Assembly (NCBI GenBank): GCA_028293125.1 | Contig: JAQGPJ010000079.1 | Coordinates: 117,296-181,295 of the forward strand | From: Verrucomicrobiales bacterium | GTDB lineage: Bacteria; Verrucomicrobiota; Verrucomicrobiia; Verrucomicrobiales; V1-33 | DNA: 64,000 nucleotides | Direction of reading: 5' to 3' | Shown: positions 55,211-64,000 of the stretch, piece by piece | Layout of the letters: every line of letters begins with the position of its first letter | Position numbering within the stretch: position 1 is the stretch's first letter | Notes under the pieces: model-generated | Seen by the model: only the letters and a program-made list of their open reading frames with translations | Database searches by the model: none | Told to the model about the DNA's origin: nothing | Made by a program: the position numbers and the translations under genes

Positions 55211-56686
55211 TCAGGCCTTCAGCCGGGCCTCCAGCAGCTCACCCACGACCTTGGGGTTGGCCTTGCCTTGGCTGAGCTTCATGACCTGGCCTTTGAGGGC
55301 ATTGATGGCTTTGTCGTTGCCGGCTTTGATCCTCTCCACGGCATCGGCGTTGACGGTGAGGACCTGGGTGATGAGGTCATCCAGGAAACCGGTGTCGCTG
55401 ACCTGCTCGAAGCCGCGGGCTTTGACCACTGCGGCGGGCGCGGCACCGCTGGCGAAGACCTCGCTGAAAACCTCCTTCGCTTGGGCTCCGTTGATTTTTC
55501 CCTCCTCCACCAGGGTGGCCAGTTCGCACAGGTGGGCGGGGGAGACGGGATTGGCCTCCAGCCCCAGGCCAGCGGCGTTGAGGGCGCTGAGCAGGTCGTT
55601 GATGATCCAGTTGGCCACGGCCTTGGGCCGGGCGGCTCCGGCGGCGGCGGTTTCGAAATAGTCGGCCAATGTTTTCTCGCTGGCGAGGACGCCGGCATCA
55701 TAATCGGTCAGGCCGGAATCGCGCACAAAGCGGGCACGCTTCTCGTGCGGCAGCTCCGGCACCCGGCCGCGGACGGTGGCCACCAGATCCGGAGTGTGCA
55801 GGGGCAGGAGGTCCGGGCAGGGGAAATAACGGTAGTCGTGCGCGTCCTCCTTGGTGCGCATCAGGGCGGTTTCGCCCCGTTCATCGTCCCAGCGCAGGGT
55901 GGACTGGACTTGGGGAATGCCGCGGTCCAGATCCCCCGCCTGGCGGTCGATCTCGTGATGGATGGCGCGGCGGATGGCGCTCACGCTGTTGAGGTTCTTC
56001 AGCTCGATCTTGGTGCCCAGTTTCTGCTGGCCGTGCGGCCGCAGGGAAATATTGACATCGCAGCGCATTTGGCCCTTCTCCATGTCGGCGTCGCCCACAC
56101 CGCCGTAGATGAGGATCTGACGCAGGCTGTTCAGGTAGGCCACCGCCTCCTCGGCGGACTCGATCTCCGGCTCGCTGACAATCTCCATCAGCGGCGTTCC
56201 TGCGCGGTTGAAGTCCAGGGTGGTATAGCCGTTCGGACCGTTGCCGTGGTGCGTGCTTTTGCCCACATCCTCCTCCAGATGGATGCGTGTCAGATTGATG
56301 ACGTGGCTGGGCCGGACGATCTTTTTCTGCCAGTCCCTGGGATACGCGGTGTCATAGAGCGGCACGCCGCCGCCGAGGCAGAGGGGAAGGTCGAACTGCG
56401 AAGTCTGGTAGTTCTTCGGCATGTCCGGGTAGAAATAGTTTTTCCGGTCCCACTTCACCACCGGCGGCGTGGAGCAGCCCAGCATCAGCCCCGTCAGAAT
56501 GGTGCGCTCAATAGCCCCTGCATTCAGCACCGGCAGCGCTCCCGGCAGTCCCAGACAGACCGGGCAGGTGAGGGTGTTGGGCGGCTCGCCGAACCGCACG
56601 GGACAACCGCAGAACATCTTGCTCTCCGTGCTGAGCTGGCAATGAACTTCGAGTCCGATGGTGACGAGATAATCTTCCCTGGGCAT
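55211..56686 (-). CDS. gatB: Asp-tRNA(Asn)/Glu-tRNA(Gln) amidotransferase subunit B
   Basis: IGLEVHCQL, KMFCGC, PGALPVLN, MRCDVNISL and the C-terminal YqeY-like domain. Full length, 491 aa. Confidence 0.95.
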   Translation of the reverse strand: MPREDYLVTIGLEVHCQLSTESKMFCGCPVRFGEPPNTLTCPVCLGLPGALPVLNAGAIERTILTGLMLGCSTPPVVKWDRKNYFYPDMPKNYQTSQFDLPLCLGGGVPLYDTAYPRDWQKKIVRPSHVINLTRIHLEEDVGKSTHHGNGPNGYTTLDFNRAGTPLMEIVSEPEIESAEEAVAYLNSLRQILIYGGVGDADMEKGQMRCDVNISLRPHGQQKLGTKIELKNLNSVSAIRRAIHHEIDRQAGDLDRGIPQVQSTLRWDDERGETALMRTKEDAHDYRYFPCPDLLPLHTPDLVATVRGRVPELPHEKRARFVRDSGLTDYDAGVLASEKTLADYFETAAAGAARPKAVANWIINDLLSALNAAGLGLEANPVSPAHLCELATLVEEGKINGAQAKEVFSEVFASGAAPAAVVKARGFEQVSDTGFLDDLITQVLTVNADAVERIKAGNDKAINALKGQVMKLSQGKANPKVVGELLEARLKA

Positions 56687-56800
56687 GGCACAGAGGTGGA
56701 GCGGAAGGCCGCAAAGAAAAGCCGGAAATTTCCGGTTACGGGGCGGTTGGATCAGCCTTGCGCCGCAACCACCTGCTGTCCTCGCTGGTCTGTTTCCATA

Positions 56801-57631
56801 TCACCAGATCCGGTCAAACATGCGCTCCAGCCGGCCCTTGTCGGCGTCCGGCTTGGTCTTGCGCTTGGCGGCGGGCTCCGCTTGGAGATCAGGGCTGTCG
56901 GGCGCGACGAGACGGACGGACTGGATGGTCACGCGGCGCGTGGGGGTGTCGTTGGTATCCACGCTTACGGCGCTGACCGCCTCCAGCACCTCCAGTCCCT
57001 GGACCACTTGGCCAAAGACGGTGTAGTTGCCGTCCAGCCTTTTCTGACCCACAAGACAGACGTAGAACTGGCTGCCCGAGGACTGCTTGTCCGGGGAGTC
57101 GATGTCGCCCGGACGGGCCATGGCCACCGCCCCGCGGACGTGGGTGCCTTTGAGTTCCGGAGCCAGCTTGTAGCCCACGTCCGTCAGGCCCCACTGGTCC
57201 TTTTGGTCATCCGACCGGGTGGCCGGATCGCCGGTCTGGACCACGAAGTTCCGGATGGCGCGGTGAAAGGCCAGGCCGTCGTAGAACTTCCGGGAGATCA
57301 GCTTTTTGAAATTGGCGACGGTTTTGGGGGCCACATCCGGCTTCAGCTCGATCACCACCCGCCGGCGCGTGCCATTCACCTCCACCATCATCACCGCATG
57401 GTTCCACCTCGCGTTGACGGGAGCCGTCACCGTGGGGGCCGGCGCGGTTGCGGAGCCGGAAGCATCCAGGGATCCGGGAGCATCCGCGGGGAGGGTCTCC
57501 TCCGTGGCTGCTTTGGGCTTGCCCCGGAAGACATTCATCGACCGGTCAATGGCCGTGTTCACCGTGCTGCAGGAACTGAGGACGATCGCCGCCGCGGCAA
57601 GGGCGGTGGCAGGCCGGAAGAGGTGGGTCAT
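56801..57631 (-). CDS. Cyclophilin-type peptidyl-prolyl cis-trans isomerase, exported/lipoprotein
   Basis: ORF 56801..57670 begins with TTG; the ATG at 57631 gives MTHLFRPATALAAAAIVLSSC. Cyclophilin blocks APKTVANFKKL, FYDGLAFHRAIRNFVVQTGDP and GAVAMAR...SSGSQFYV. Confidence 0.9.
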   Translation of the reverse strand: MTHLFRPATALAAAAIVLSSCSTVNTAIDRSMNVFRGKPKAATEETLPADAPGSLDASGSATAPAPTVTAPVNARWNHAVMMVEVNGTRRRVVIELKPDVAPKTVANFKKLISRKFYDGLAFHRAIRNFVVQTGDPATRSDDQKDQWGLTDVGYKLAPELKGTHVRGAVAMARPGDIDSPDKQSSGSQFYVCLVGQKRLDGNYTVFGQVVQGLEVLEAVSAVSVDTNDTPTRRVTIQSVRLVAPDSPDLQAEPAAKRKTKPDADKGRLERMFDRIW

Positions 57632-57666
57632 AACGGGGCTGAATGGATGTCCGATGATTCCGGACG

Positions 57667-58635
57667 TCAAGAGTCTTTCATGATTTCCACAGCCGCCGGC
57701 GCGGTGGCACTTGCCGCCTCCAGGACAGTGCCCGGTCCGGCCAGCAGGCGCGTTCCGGAAGCCGCGGCGGTGCGTCTCACAAATCCCAGCAGATGCCGCG
57801 CCCCGGTCACGGGGTGGTCCGCGGCCGAGGTGACCGTGCCGGCGGCGGCCGATGGCCTGCCCGCTGTTTCCTCATTCCCCGGCTCCGTCGGCTGAAACAG
57901 ATTCCAGCCGGCCTGTACGGGCTCCGCCCCGGACACCTGCGTTATGGCCTCCAGATGCCGGTTCACGCGGCCCACGCTGCGGATGCGGCTGATGACCTCC
58001 TGGCCGATGTAGCAGCCCTTGTGAAAATCGATGGCGGTCCGGTCCAGGCCGGCCTCCGGCGGCAGGATGTCCGGCGACAGCTCATGCCCCCATGCCGGCA
58101 CGCCGTGGATCACCTCCAAGGTCCGCGCCTCCTCCGACGCCAGTGGCGTGTATTTCCCCAGCCAGAAGTCCACGCGGTCCGGTGTGGTCCAGATATCCGT
58201 CCCCGGCACTCCGAAGCGCCGGCAGTCCGCACGGCGCTCCCCGGGCACCAGATCCGCCGCCACCCGCCCAGCGTCCGCTGTCAGCACATGGACCAGCGCC
58301 GTGGACTCCGTCAGGTCCTCCAGGACGCAGTTGTCAGCGATAAGGTATTTCTCCAGCCGCAGGGGCAGGAAATCCCGCAGATCCTCCTCCCCGCTGGCGA
58401 TGAACAGCGCACCGTCCGTGTCCCGGCTCAGCATGACCAGCGCCTCCAGCCGTCCTCTGTGGTTGGTCACACAGGCCGGCAACGACCCGCCGTGGGGGAT
58501 TTTCCGCACGTCGTTGGTCACCTGTCCATTCAGGTAACGCACGGCGTCAGGTCCGCTGAGCCGCAGGCGCACCCCGCCGCTCAGGTCGCGGGCCGCGCCG
58601 TTTTCATGGATTCCGTGCCAGCGCTCCGCCGTCAT
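57667..58635 (-). CDS. ygfZ: Folate-binding YgfZ/GcvT-like protein
   Basis: Signature KGCYIGQEVISRIRSVGRVNR. The N-terminal GcvT-like fold has RLRLSGPDAVRYLNGQVTND. The start ATG overlaps the upstream stop by 1 nt (TGATG). Confidence 0.8.
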   Translation of the reverse strand: MTAERWHGIHENGAARDLSGGVRLRLSGPDAVRYLNGQVTNDVRKIPHGGSLPACVTNHRGRLEALVMLSRDTDGALFIASGEEDLRDFLPLRLEKYLIADNCVLEDLTESTALVHVLTADAGRVAADLVPGERRADCRRFGVPGTDIWTTPDRVDFWLGKYTPLASEEARTLEVIHGVPAWGHELSPDILPPEAGLDRTAIDFHKGCYIGQEVISRIRSVGRVNRHLEAITQVSGAEPVQAGWNLFQPTEPGNEETAGRPSAAAGTVTSAADHPVTGARHLLGFVRRTAAASGTRLLAGPGTVLEAASATAPAAVEIMKDS

Positions 58636-59492
58636 CAGCTTTTGGGTTGAGGCAGATAATTCACCGCCAGAACCGAGAAATCCTCCTCGCCCCGGCCCGC
58701 CAGCTCCAGTCCGCTCATGGACTCCGCCACCGCGTGGAGGATCGGCAGCTCAATGCCGGCAATGCCCGCCATGTTCAGTCCGAAAGCCGCGTCCTTGAGC
58801 ATGTTCTTCAGCGAGAAATGCGGCGTGAAGTCTCCCGCGATCATGCTGGCCACCTTCATGCGGATCAGTCCGGAGCTGTTGGCGTTCCGCTCCAGCGCCT
58901 GGCGGAATTTCTCCAAGTCCACTCCCTGGCCGGCCACGATGCCCATGGCCTCCGAGAGAATGCCGACCGTGGCCGAGGTCACCATATTGGTGGCGATCTT
59001 CAGCACCGTGGCATCGCCGATTTTGCCGCACAGGAAAATCTCCTTGGAGGAGGCCTCCAGCACCGGGCGCACGCGCTCCAGCAGCGCGGGATCGCCGCCG
59101 ATGTAATAAACCAGCTGCGCCGCCGCCGCCGCATCCCGGCTGCCGGTGAAGGGGGCATCCAGGAACTCGGCACCGGTCTGCTGCACCAGTTTGGCCACCG
59201 CATGGGTATCCTCCACGGCGACGGTGGCGCAGTTGACCAGCACCTTGCCGGGCTTCAGCTCGGGCTTCATCTCCTTGAAAACACTGCGCAGGGCATCGCC
59301 GTCGGTGACAAAAATCTGAATGATGTCGCTTTCCCTAGCCAGTTTGGCGGGAGTGCCCACCCAGCCCGGCTCCGCCGGCTGCGGCGTGCGGTTCCAGACC
59401 GCCACAGGGAATGCTTTGCCGCGCAGATTCGCGGCCACGCGCTGACCGATAATGCCAAGACCGGCGACGCCGGCACGAAGAGGAGGGGACAT
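58635..59492 (-). CDS. NAD(P)-dependent beta-hydroxyacid dehydrogenase (3-hydroxyisobutyrate/6-phosphogluconate dehydrogenase family)
   Basis: N-terminal Rossmann VAGLGIIGQRVAANL, DAPFTGS, and C-terminal helical domain LKDAAFGLNMA. Confidence 0.85.
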   Translation of the reverse strand: MSPPLRAGVAGLGIIGQRVAANLRGKAFPVAVWNRTPQPAEPGWVGTPAKLARESDIIQIFVTDGDALRSVFKEMKPELKPGKVLVNCATVAVEDTHAVAKLVQQTGAEFLDAPFTGSRDAAAAAQLVYYIGGDPALLERVRPVLEASSKEIFLCGKIGDATVLKIATNMVTSATVGILSEAMGIVAGQGVDLEKFRQALERNANSSGLIRMKVASMIAGDFTPHFSLKNMLKDAAFGLNMAGIAGIELPILHAVAESMSGLELAGRGEEDFSVLAVNYLPQPKS

Positions 59493-59771
59493 GGTGGTTT
59501 CCGCAAGCTAACGGGTGCTCCGCCCCGCGTGCAACCGGTCGTCTGCGGCGTATTCAGGTAAATAGAGACGGCACGCCGTTCCGGGGAGCTGTCCGGCACT
59601 GATTCGGGGTGGATATCCGGCGGCGGAGCGCTCTGATACGGTCCCTCCGGGCAGCCGTGCGGCAGCCGCCGCCGGCTGAAGCCGCAGTCTCTCCTCCCAT
59701 CCTTTCCTCCCATCGACGCCTCCGCCTCCTCCCTTCTCCGCACCCGGCCCCGCGATTACGCGCTGCTGCAC

Positions 59772-60623
59772 GTGATCGTGCTGGTGTGGGGAGTGACCTC
59801 GATTCTCGGGCGCCTGATCACGCTGGACCCGGTGGTGATCGTCGTCTGGCGGACCGGCATCGCCGCGCTGGCCATGCTGGGCATCCTCCTGGTCATCCGC
59901 CTGCCGTGGCCGCCATGGCGGGAACTGCTGCCCATCATGGGCGGCGGGGCGCTCATCGGGGCGCATTGGGTTCTATTCTTCCTCAGCGGGCGTGTGGGCG
60001 CGGTCAGCGTGGGGCTGGCGGGCGTCTCCACCCTGGCGCTGTGGGTGGCGCTGCTGGAGCCGCTGTTCATCCGGGGACGGCGCTGGAGCTGGGTGGAGGG
60101 GCTGCTGGCCGCCGGGGTGACGGTAGGCATGCTGATGCTGGACTTCAGCGACCGCGGGCTGCTCATCGGAGTCGCCGCCGCATCGCTGGCGGCGGGGCTC
60201 TCCATCCTGAACGCGCGCCTTGTTCTGAAGCACCCGGCCCTGATGATCTCCTTTATTGAGATGGCCACCGCCTGTGGGTTCTGCTTTGGAGCGGCGCTGC
60301 TCACCGTGCCCGCCGGCGGCCTGCGCTGGATCCCGGCTGCGGGGGACTGGCTGTGGCTGCTGATCCTGGCACTGGTCTGCACGGTTTTCGCCTTCTCCGC
60401 CTGCGTGCAGGTGCAGCGGCGGGTGTCCGCGTTCTCCATGGGGATGGCGTCGAATCTGGAGCCCATCTACGGCATGACCCTCGCCCCGATGGTTTTTGGC
60501 GCCGCCGAGCATCAGGGACTGTCCTTCTACGTCGGGTCCGCCGTGATCATTGGCTTTGTGGCCCTGCACACGACGCTCACCGCGCGGGGGGCGGCCTGGC
60601 GGAACCGTTCAGCCGGCCGTTGA
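59772..60623 (+). CDS. DMT superfamily (EamA-like) transporter; start codon uncertain
   Basis: Ten hydrophobic segments in two EamA-like halves. The first canonical start in frame is GTG 59772, yet the frame is open from 59637, and the residues just upstream (RDYALLH) look like part of the first helix cap. Confidence 0.7.
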   Translation: MIVLVWGVTSILGRLITLDPVVIVVWRTGIAALAMLGILLVIRLPWPPWRELLPIMGGGALIGAHWVLFFLSGRVGAVSVGLAGVSTLALWVALLEPLFIRGRRWSWVEGLLAAGVTVGMLMLDFSDRGLLIGVAAASLAAGLSILNARLVLKHPALMISFIEMATACGFCFGAALLTVPAGGLRWIPAAGDWLWLLILALVCTVFAFSACVQVQRRVSAFSMGMASNLEPIYGMTLAPMVFGAAEHQGLSFYVGSAVIIGFVALHTTLTARGAAWRNRSAGR

Positions 60624-60688
60624 GCCTGAACCCGGGCCTGGGCTGGGGAGTCCTGAGGCGGATCCGGCTGGAATTCCCGGGAAGAGCA

Positions 60689-61510
60689 TCACCACTGGAT
60701 GTCCACCCATCCCCAGACGGTTTCGTCGGAATCGGTGCGCGGTGAGAATTCCATGGCCAGCAGCGGGCGGCGGAGAACCTCGGTGTCAAAGCTGGTGGAG
60801 GTCAGGGGCAGACAGGACAAAACCCGGCCATCGGCGCTCACGGAGACCATGAAGGAGGCCGGACCCTCCTCCGGCCAGTCCGGCTGGGTGACCTCAGCGG
60901 GCCAGACCGGCGGTTGGAGGATCCGGCGCCCTTCCAAGCCCGACTGGATGGACAGAACCGGCAGCGGACGTGGAATGGGGCCGGAAAGGTTTATACTGGA
61001 GGCTGGAGAGGGGGCGGCGGCCACTGCCGGCGGTTCCGCGGCGGGAAGCGGCGGCAGCAGCAGGGCCGGCGACGGCATGACGGAGGGCAAGCCGCCGCCC
61101 TGGGCATCGGGCGGCAGGGGCCTCAGGCGGGCGGGATGGCGCTCCCAGGTGGGCTGGTAGCCCTTTACCAGCCAGTGCAGTGCGTCCGCGTCCGGCTCCG
61201 TCAGCGGCATAGGAGGGGCCATGGACGGGTATTTATCCTCCATCCGCTCCAGCAGCGCGGCGGCGGGCGGATAACCGCGGGACAGCAGGGTCACGGTGCG
61301 GGCCGGCGGCGCGGTCCGGGAGGCGGGCGGTGCCACCACCTTGAAAAGGTAGAACAGCAGCACATGCCCGACCGCCGCCACCGCCAGGAAGAACATCAGC
61401 CGTGTGCGCCGCCAGCGGACGGGACGCCAGTCAAAAATCAGCCCCGGCTCCCCGCCCGCCGGGGGGGCGGGGCGTGCTGCGGAGGGTGGGGAGGACGCGG
61501 AGTCTGACAT
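60689..61510 (-). CDS. TonB-like protein (N-terminal TM anchor, Pro-rich spacer, TonB-C-like domain)
   Basis: ORF 60689..61564; ATG at 61510. TM LMFFLAVAAVGHVLLFYLF, a Pro/Ala-rich middle (LLLPPLPAAEPPAVAAAPSP) and the C-terminal SFMVSVSADGRVLSCLPLTSTSFDTEVLRRPLLAMEFSP. Confidence 0.5.
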   Translation of the reverse strand: MSDSASSPPSAARPAPPAGGEPGLIFDWRPVRWRRTRLMFFLAVAAVGHVLLFYLFKVVAPPASRTAPPARTVTLLSRGYPPAAALLERMEDKYPSMAPPMPLTEPDADALHWLVKGYQPTWERHPARLRPLPPDAQGGGLPSVMPSPALLLPPLPAAEPPAVAAAPSPASSINLSGPIPRPLPVLSIQSGLEGRRILQPPVWPAEVTQPDWPEEGPASFMVSVSADGRVLSCLPLTSTSFDTEVLRRPLLAMEFSPRTDSDETVWGWVDIQW

Positions 61511-61615
61511 GCGGGTCCGCTGTCGCGGAGCGTGCAGGTAGCCTGTCCGGGGGATCACTTCCACCGCCGATTTTCACTGGCCGGTTCCGTCGGGAAACGC
61601 AAGGTTCCCCTTCTT

Positions 61616-63790
61616 ATGGAGCAACTCAATGGCACGGTGGAGCGTGTGACCTATCATACCGAGGACACGGGATACTCCGTGCTCAAGGTAAAGGTGCGCG
61701 GGCGGCACGAGCCGGTGACGGTCACGGGGAATGTGCCGCTGGTCCACGAGGGCGAGGCCATCGCCGCGGAGGGGGACTGGGTGCTGGTCCCGGAGTATGG
61801 CCGCCAGTTCAAGGCTCAGAAGATTGAAACCACGGCGCCGGCCTCCCGCGAGGGCATTGAGAAATACTTGGCCAGCGGACTCATCGAGGGCATCGGCCCC
61901 GTCTATGCCAAAAAGCTGGTGGATAAATTCGGCGATGAGATTTTCGATGTCATCGAGCACAACAGCGCGCGGCTGCAGGAGGTGCCGGGCGTCGGGCGCA
62001 AGCGCCGGCTGGAGATCAAGTCCGGCTGGGAGAAGCAGAAGTCGGTGCGGGAGATCATGGTGTTCCTGCACCGGCATGGCATCAGCACCGGCAAGGCCGT
62101 CAAAATTTTCAAACAGTACGGCCCCGCCGCCATGGAGACGGTGGCGAACCATCCCTACCAGCTGGCGAAGGACATCCACGGCATCGGATTCAAAACCGCC
62201 GATGGCATCGCGCAGCGCACCGGCTTGGCGGTGGACAGCCCGGAGCGGGTGCGGGCCGGTCTGTTCCACCTTCTGCTGGCGGCGGGCAGCGAGGGCCACA
62301 CCGCCCTGCCCCGCGCCCAGCTGCTGACGCAGGCCGTGGAGTTGCTGGGTGTGCCCCCCGAAGTGCTGGAGCCGGTGCTGGACGCCGCCGTGGAGGGCGG
62401 CGAACTGCGACGCGAACTCATCCAGGACACAGAACTGATCTTTCCCCCGCACCTGGCGCGGGCCGAGGAGGAGATCGCGGCCCGGCTGAAAAAACTGGCG
62501 GCCCAACCGGCGGCCTATCCCGCCATCGATCAGGAAAAAGCCCTCGCCTGGGTGCAGAGGCACACCGGCAAGGAACTGGCCCCCGGCCAGGCCGAGGCGG
62601 TGCGCCTGGCCCTGACCAGCCGCGTGCTGGTGATCACCGGCGGTCCGGGGGTGGGCAAAACCACGATTCTGCAAAGCATCCTGCGCATCCTTACGGCCAA
62701 GAACATCCACGCCGTGCTGGCCGCGCCTACGGGGCGTGCGGCCCGCCGCATGGCAGAGAGCACCGGCATGGAGGCCAAAACCATCCACCGGCTGCTGGAG
62801 TTCGCGCCCGGAGGGGAGGGTTTCAAAAAGAACGCCGTCACCCCGCTGACCGGGAATCTGTTCGTGCTGGATGAGACCAGCATGGTGGATGTCAGCCTTA
62901 TGGCCCATTACCTGCGGGCTCTGCCGGAGGGCGGGCATCTGCTGCTGGTGGGCGATGTGGACCAGCTCCCCAGCGTGGGGCCAGGCACGGTGCTGAAGGA
63001 TCTCATCGACAGCGGGACCCTGCCGGTGGCGCGGCTGACGGAGGTCTTCCGCCAGGCGGCGGAGAGCCGGATCATCCAGGCCGCGCACGCCATCAATCAG
63101 GGGAAAATCCCATGGGTTCCCAAGCCCGTGCCGCCGGACTGCGACTTCCATTTCATCGAGCGCGACACTCCGGAGGCCATCGCCGAAACCTTGGTGCATC
63201 TGGCCCGCGAACGCATCCCCAACGCTTTTGGCATGGATCCCCTGCGCGATATTCAGGTGCTGTGCCCCATGAACCGGGGATTGCTGGGCACGGCCAATCT
63301 CAATGTGCTCCTGCAGCAGTCGCTGAACCCGCCCGGCGACTGGACCAAGCCGGAGGCCGACCGTTACGGCATCACCTACCGTCAGGGCGACAAAGTGATC
63401 CAGACGCGCAACAACTACGACAAGGATGCCTTCAACGGTGATATCGGGCGTATAACAGGCATGGCCGCCGATCCTCTGGAGGTGCTGGTGGAGTTCGAGG
63501 ACGGACGCCAGGCGTCCTACGACAGCGGCGACCTGGATGAGCTGCGTCCCGCCTGGGCCATCACCATCCACAAGAGCCAAGGGAGCGAGTTTCCCGCAGT
63601 GGTCATTCCCGTCAGCACCCAGCATTATGTGATGCTCCAGCGGAACCTGCTCTATACCGGGGTCACCCGCGGCCGCCGGCTGGTCATTCTGGTGGGGGAC
63701 CCCAAAGCCCTCGGCATCGCCGTCCGAACCGTGGGTGCCTCCAAACGCTGGGGTGGTCTGCTGCACCGGCTGACCTTGGAAACAAAGTGA
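61616..63790 (+). CDS. recD2: RecD2-type SF1B ATP-dependent DNA helicase
   Basis: ORF 61532..63790; ATG at 61616 (MEQLNGTVERVTYHTEDTGYSVLKV). HhH region GIGPVYAKKL, Walker A ITGGPGVGKTT, LVGDVDQLPSVGPG, AITIHKSQGSEF and LLYTGVTRGRRLVILVG. Confidence 0.92.
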   Translation: MEQLNGTVERVTYHTEDTGYSVLKVKVRGRHEPVTVTGNVPLVHEGEAIAAEGDWVLVPEYGRQFKAQKIETTAPASREGIEKYLASGLIEGIGPVYAKKLVDKFGDEIFDVIEHNSARLQEVPGVGRKRRLEIKSGWEKQKSVREIMVFLHRHGISTGKAVKIFKQYGPAAMETVANHPYQLAKDIHGIGFKTADGIAQRTGLAVDSPERVRAGLFHLLLAAGSEGHTALPRAQLLTQAVELLGVPPEVLEPVLDAAVEGGELRRELIQDTELIFPPHLARAEEEIAARLKKLAAQPAAYPAIDQEKALAWVQRHTGKELAPGQAEAVRLALTSRVLVITGGPGVGKTTILQSILRILTAKNIHAVLAAPTGRAARRMAESTGMEAKTIHRLLEFAPGGEGFKKNAVTPLTGNLFVLDETSMVDVSLMAHYLRALPEGGHLLLVGDVDQLPSVGPGTVLKDLIDSGTLPVARLTEVFRQAAESRIIQAAHAINQGKIPWVPKPVPPDCDFHFIERDTPEAIAETLVHLARERIPNAFGMDPLRDIQVLCPMNRGLLGTANLNVLLQQSLNPPGDWTKPEADRYGITYRQGDKVIQTRNNYDKDAFNGDIGRITGMAADPLEVLVEFEDGRQASYDSGDLDELRPAWAITIHKSQGSEFPAVVIPVSTQHYVMLQRNLLYTGVTRGRRLVILVGDPKALGIAVRTVGASKRWGGLLHRLTLETK

Positions 63791-63810
63791 GAGGAACGTC
63801 CAGGCTGTTC

Positions 63811-63826
63811 CTTAACTTAAGTTAAG
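63811..63826. repeat. Perfect 16-bp AT-rich palindrome CTTAACTTAAGTTAAG
   Basis: Read directly; it is self-complementary. Flanked by a direct repeat AACGTCCA at 63795-63802 and 63829-63836. Lies between the recD2 stop and the stop of the convergent partial gene. Confidence 0.8.
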
Positions 63827-64000
63827 TTAACGTCCAACCGTTGAATTTATGCGGCCTGTTTTCCGGTTGGGCGCAGGGCGCTGGAACCCGTTGTCAGTCT
63901 TTATGATCAATGCCGCCGACGGACAGATCAATGACCCGCGACGGGTTAAAACCTCCATCGCCCGCACGGTGGCGGCGTTGCGGTTTTCCACGCCGAGCTT
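63827..64000 (-). CDS. 3' end of a LuxR/FixJ-type HTH regulator (partial; continues beyond the window)
   Basis: Manual minus-strand translation from 64000 gives KLGVENRNAATVRAMEVLTRRG..., which is the third-helix region typical of LuxR-type HTH. The frame stays open to TAA at 63829-63827. It is not in the ORF track because there is no in-window start. Confidence 0.4.
   Translation of the reverse strand, partial: KLGVENRNAATVRAMEVLTRRGSLICPSAALIIKTDNGFQRPAPNRKTGRINSTVGR

Noticed and set aside
55268-57895. 875-aa ORF on the plus strand
   Set aside because: It is antisense to gatB, the cyclophilin gene and the ygfZ 3' end, all of which have unambiguous family signatures. The composition (G/A/R/H/V runs) is non-protein-like.
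61574-63766. 730-aa ORF on the minus strand
   Set aside because: It is antisense to recD2, whose helicase motifs are clear. This is a shadow ORF.

Overview
This is a high-GC, densely coding bacterial chromosome segment. GC looks like roughly 60-65% by eye and was not computed. Several features suggest the PVC superphylum or Verrucomicrobiota: a PEP-CTERM sorting signal, a giant filamentous-haemagglutinin-type exoprotein, and a TIM-barrel/propeller/azurin fusion. That taxon assignment is inference only.

Gene content from left to right:
- dppB/dppC-type ABC permeases and tRNA-Gly(UCC).
- A polysaccharide export triad: beta-barrel, PCP tyrosine autokinase and a short OPX.
- ruvX, truA, a MidA-type methyltransferase and a secreted alpha/beta hydrolase.
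- tamB-tamA on the minus strand.
- A lipoprotein alpha/beta hydrolase broken into four reading-frame segments.
- An MFS transporter plus NanA/DapA-type aldolase pair, and a secreted hypothetical protein.
- A 1170-aa xylose-isomerase-like TIM barrel + propeller + azurin fusion, and a HAD-IB hydrolase.
- A Sec-exported Lon-type (S16) protease domain protein followed by a BCS1-like AAA+ ATPase, then ridA.
- An 11.5-kb TpsA/FHA-type gene with no TpsB partner in the window.
- A convergent four-gene surface cassette: two paralogs with alternative C-terminal ends (one PEP-CTERM), a PstS-fold binding protein and a TM/Pro-rich protein.
- A low-GC islet with a phosphatase-fold gene carrying a Cys-to-Asp P-loop, next to a GMC oxidoreductase remnant.
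- A papain-like lipoprotein, proB, tRNA-Arg(CCG) and yqhA.
- DUF1003, a host-attachment-family protein, a PagL-like barrel, gatB, cyclophilin, ygfZ, a beta-hydroxyacid dehydrogenase, an EamA transporter, a TonB-like protein, recD2 and a partial LuxR-type HTH gene.

I found no CRISPR array, rRNA, transposase or integrase. Many long ORFs in the track are antisense shadows typical of high-GC DNA, and I rejected them. The most interesting candidates are the surface cassette at 42.6-46.9 kb beside the orphan giant exoprotein, the azurin fusion, the exported Lon-domain/AAA+ pair, and the low-GC islet.
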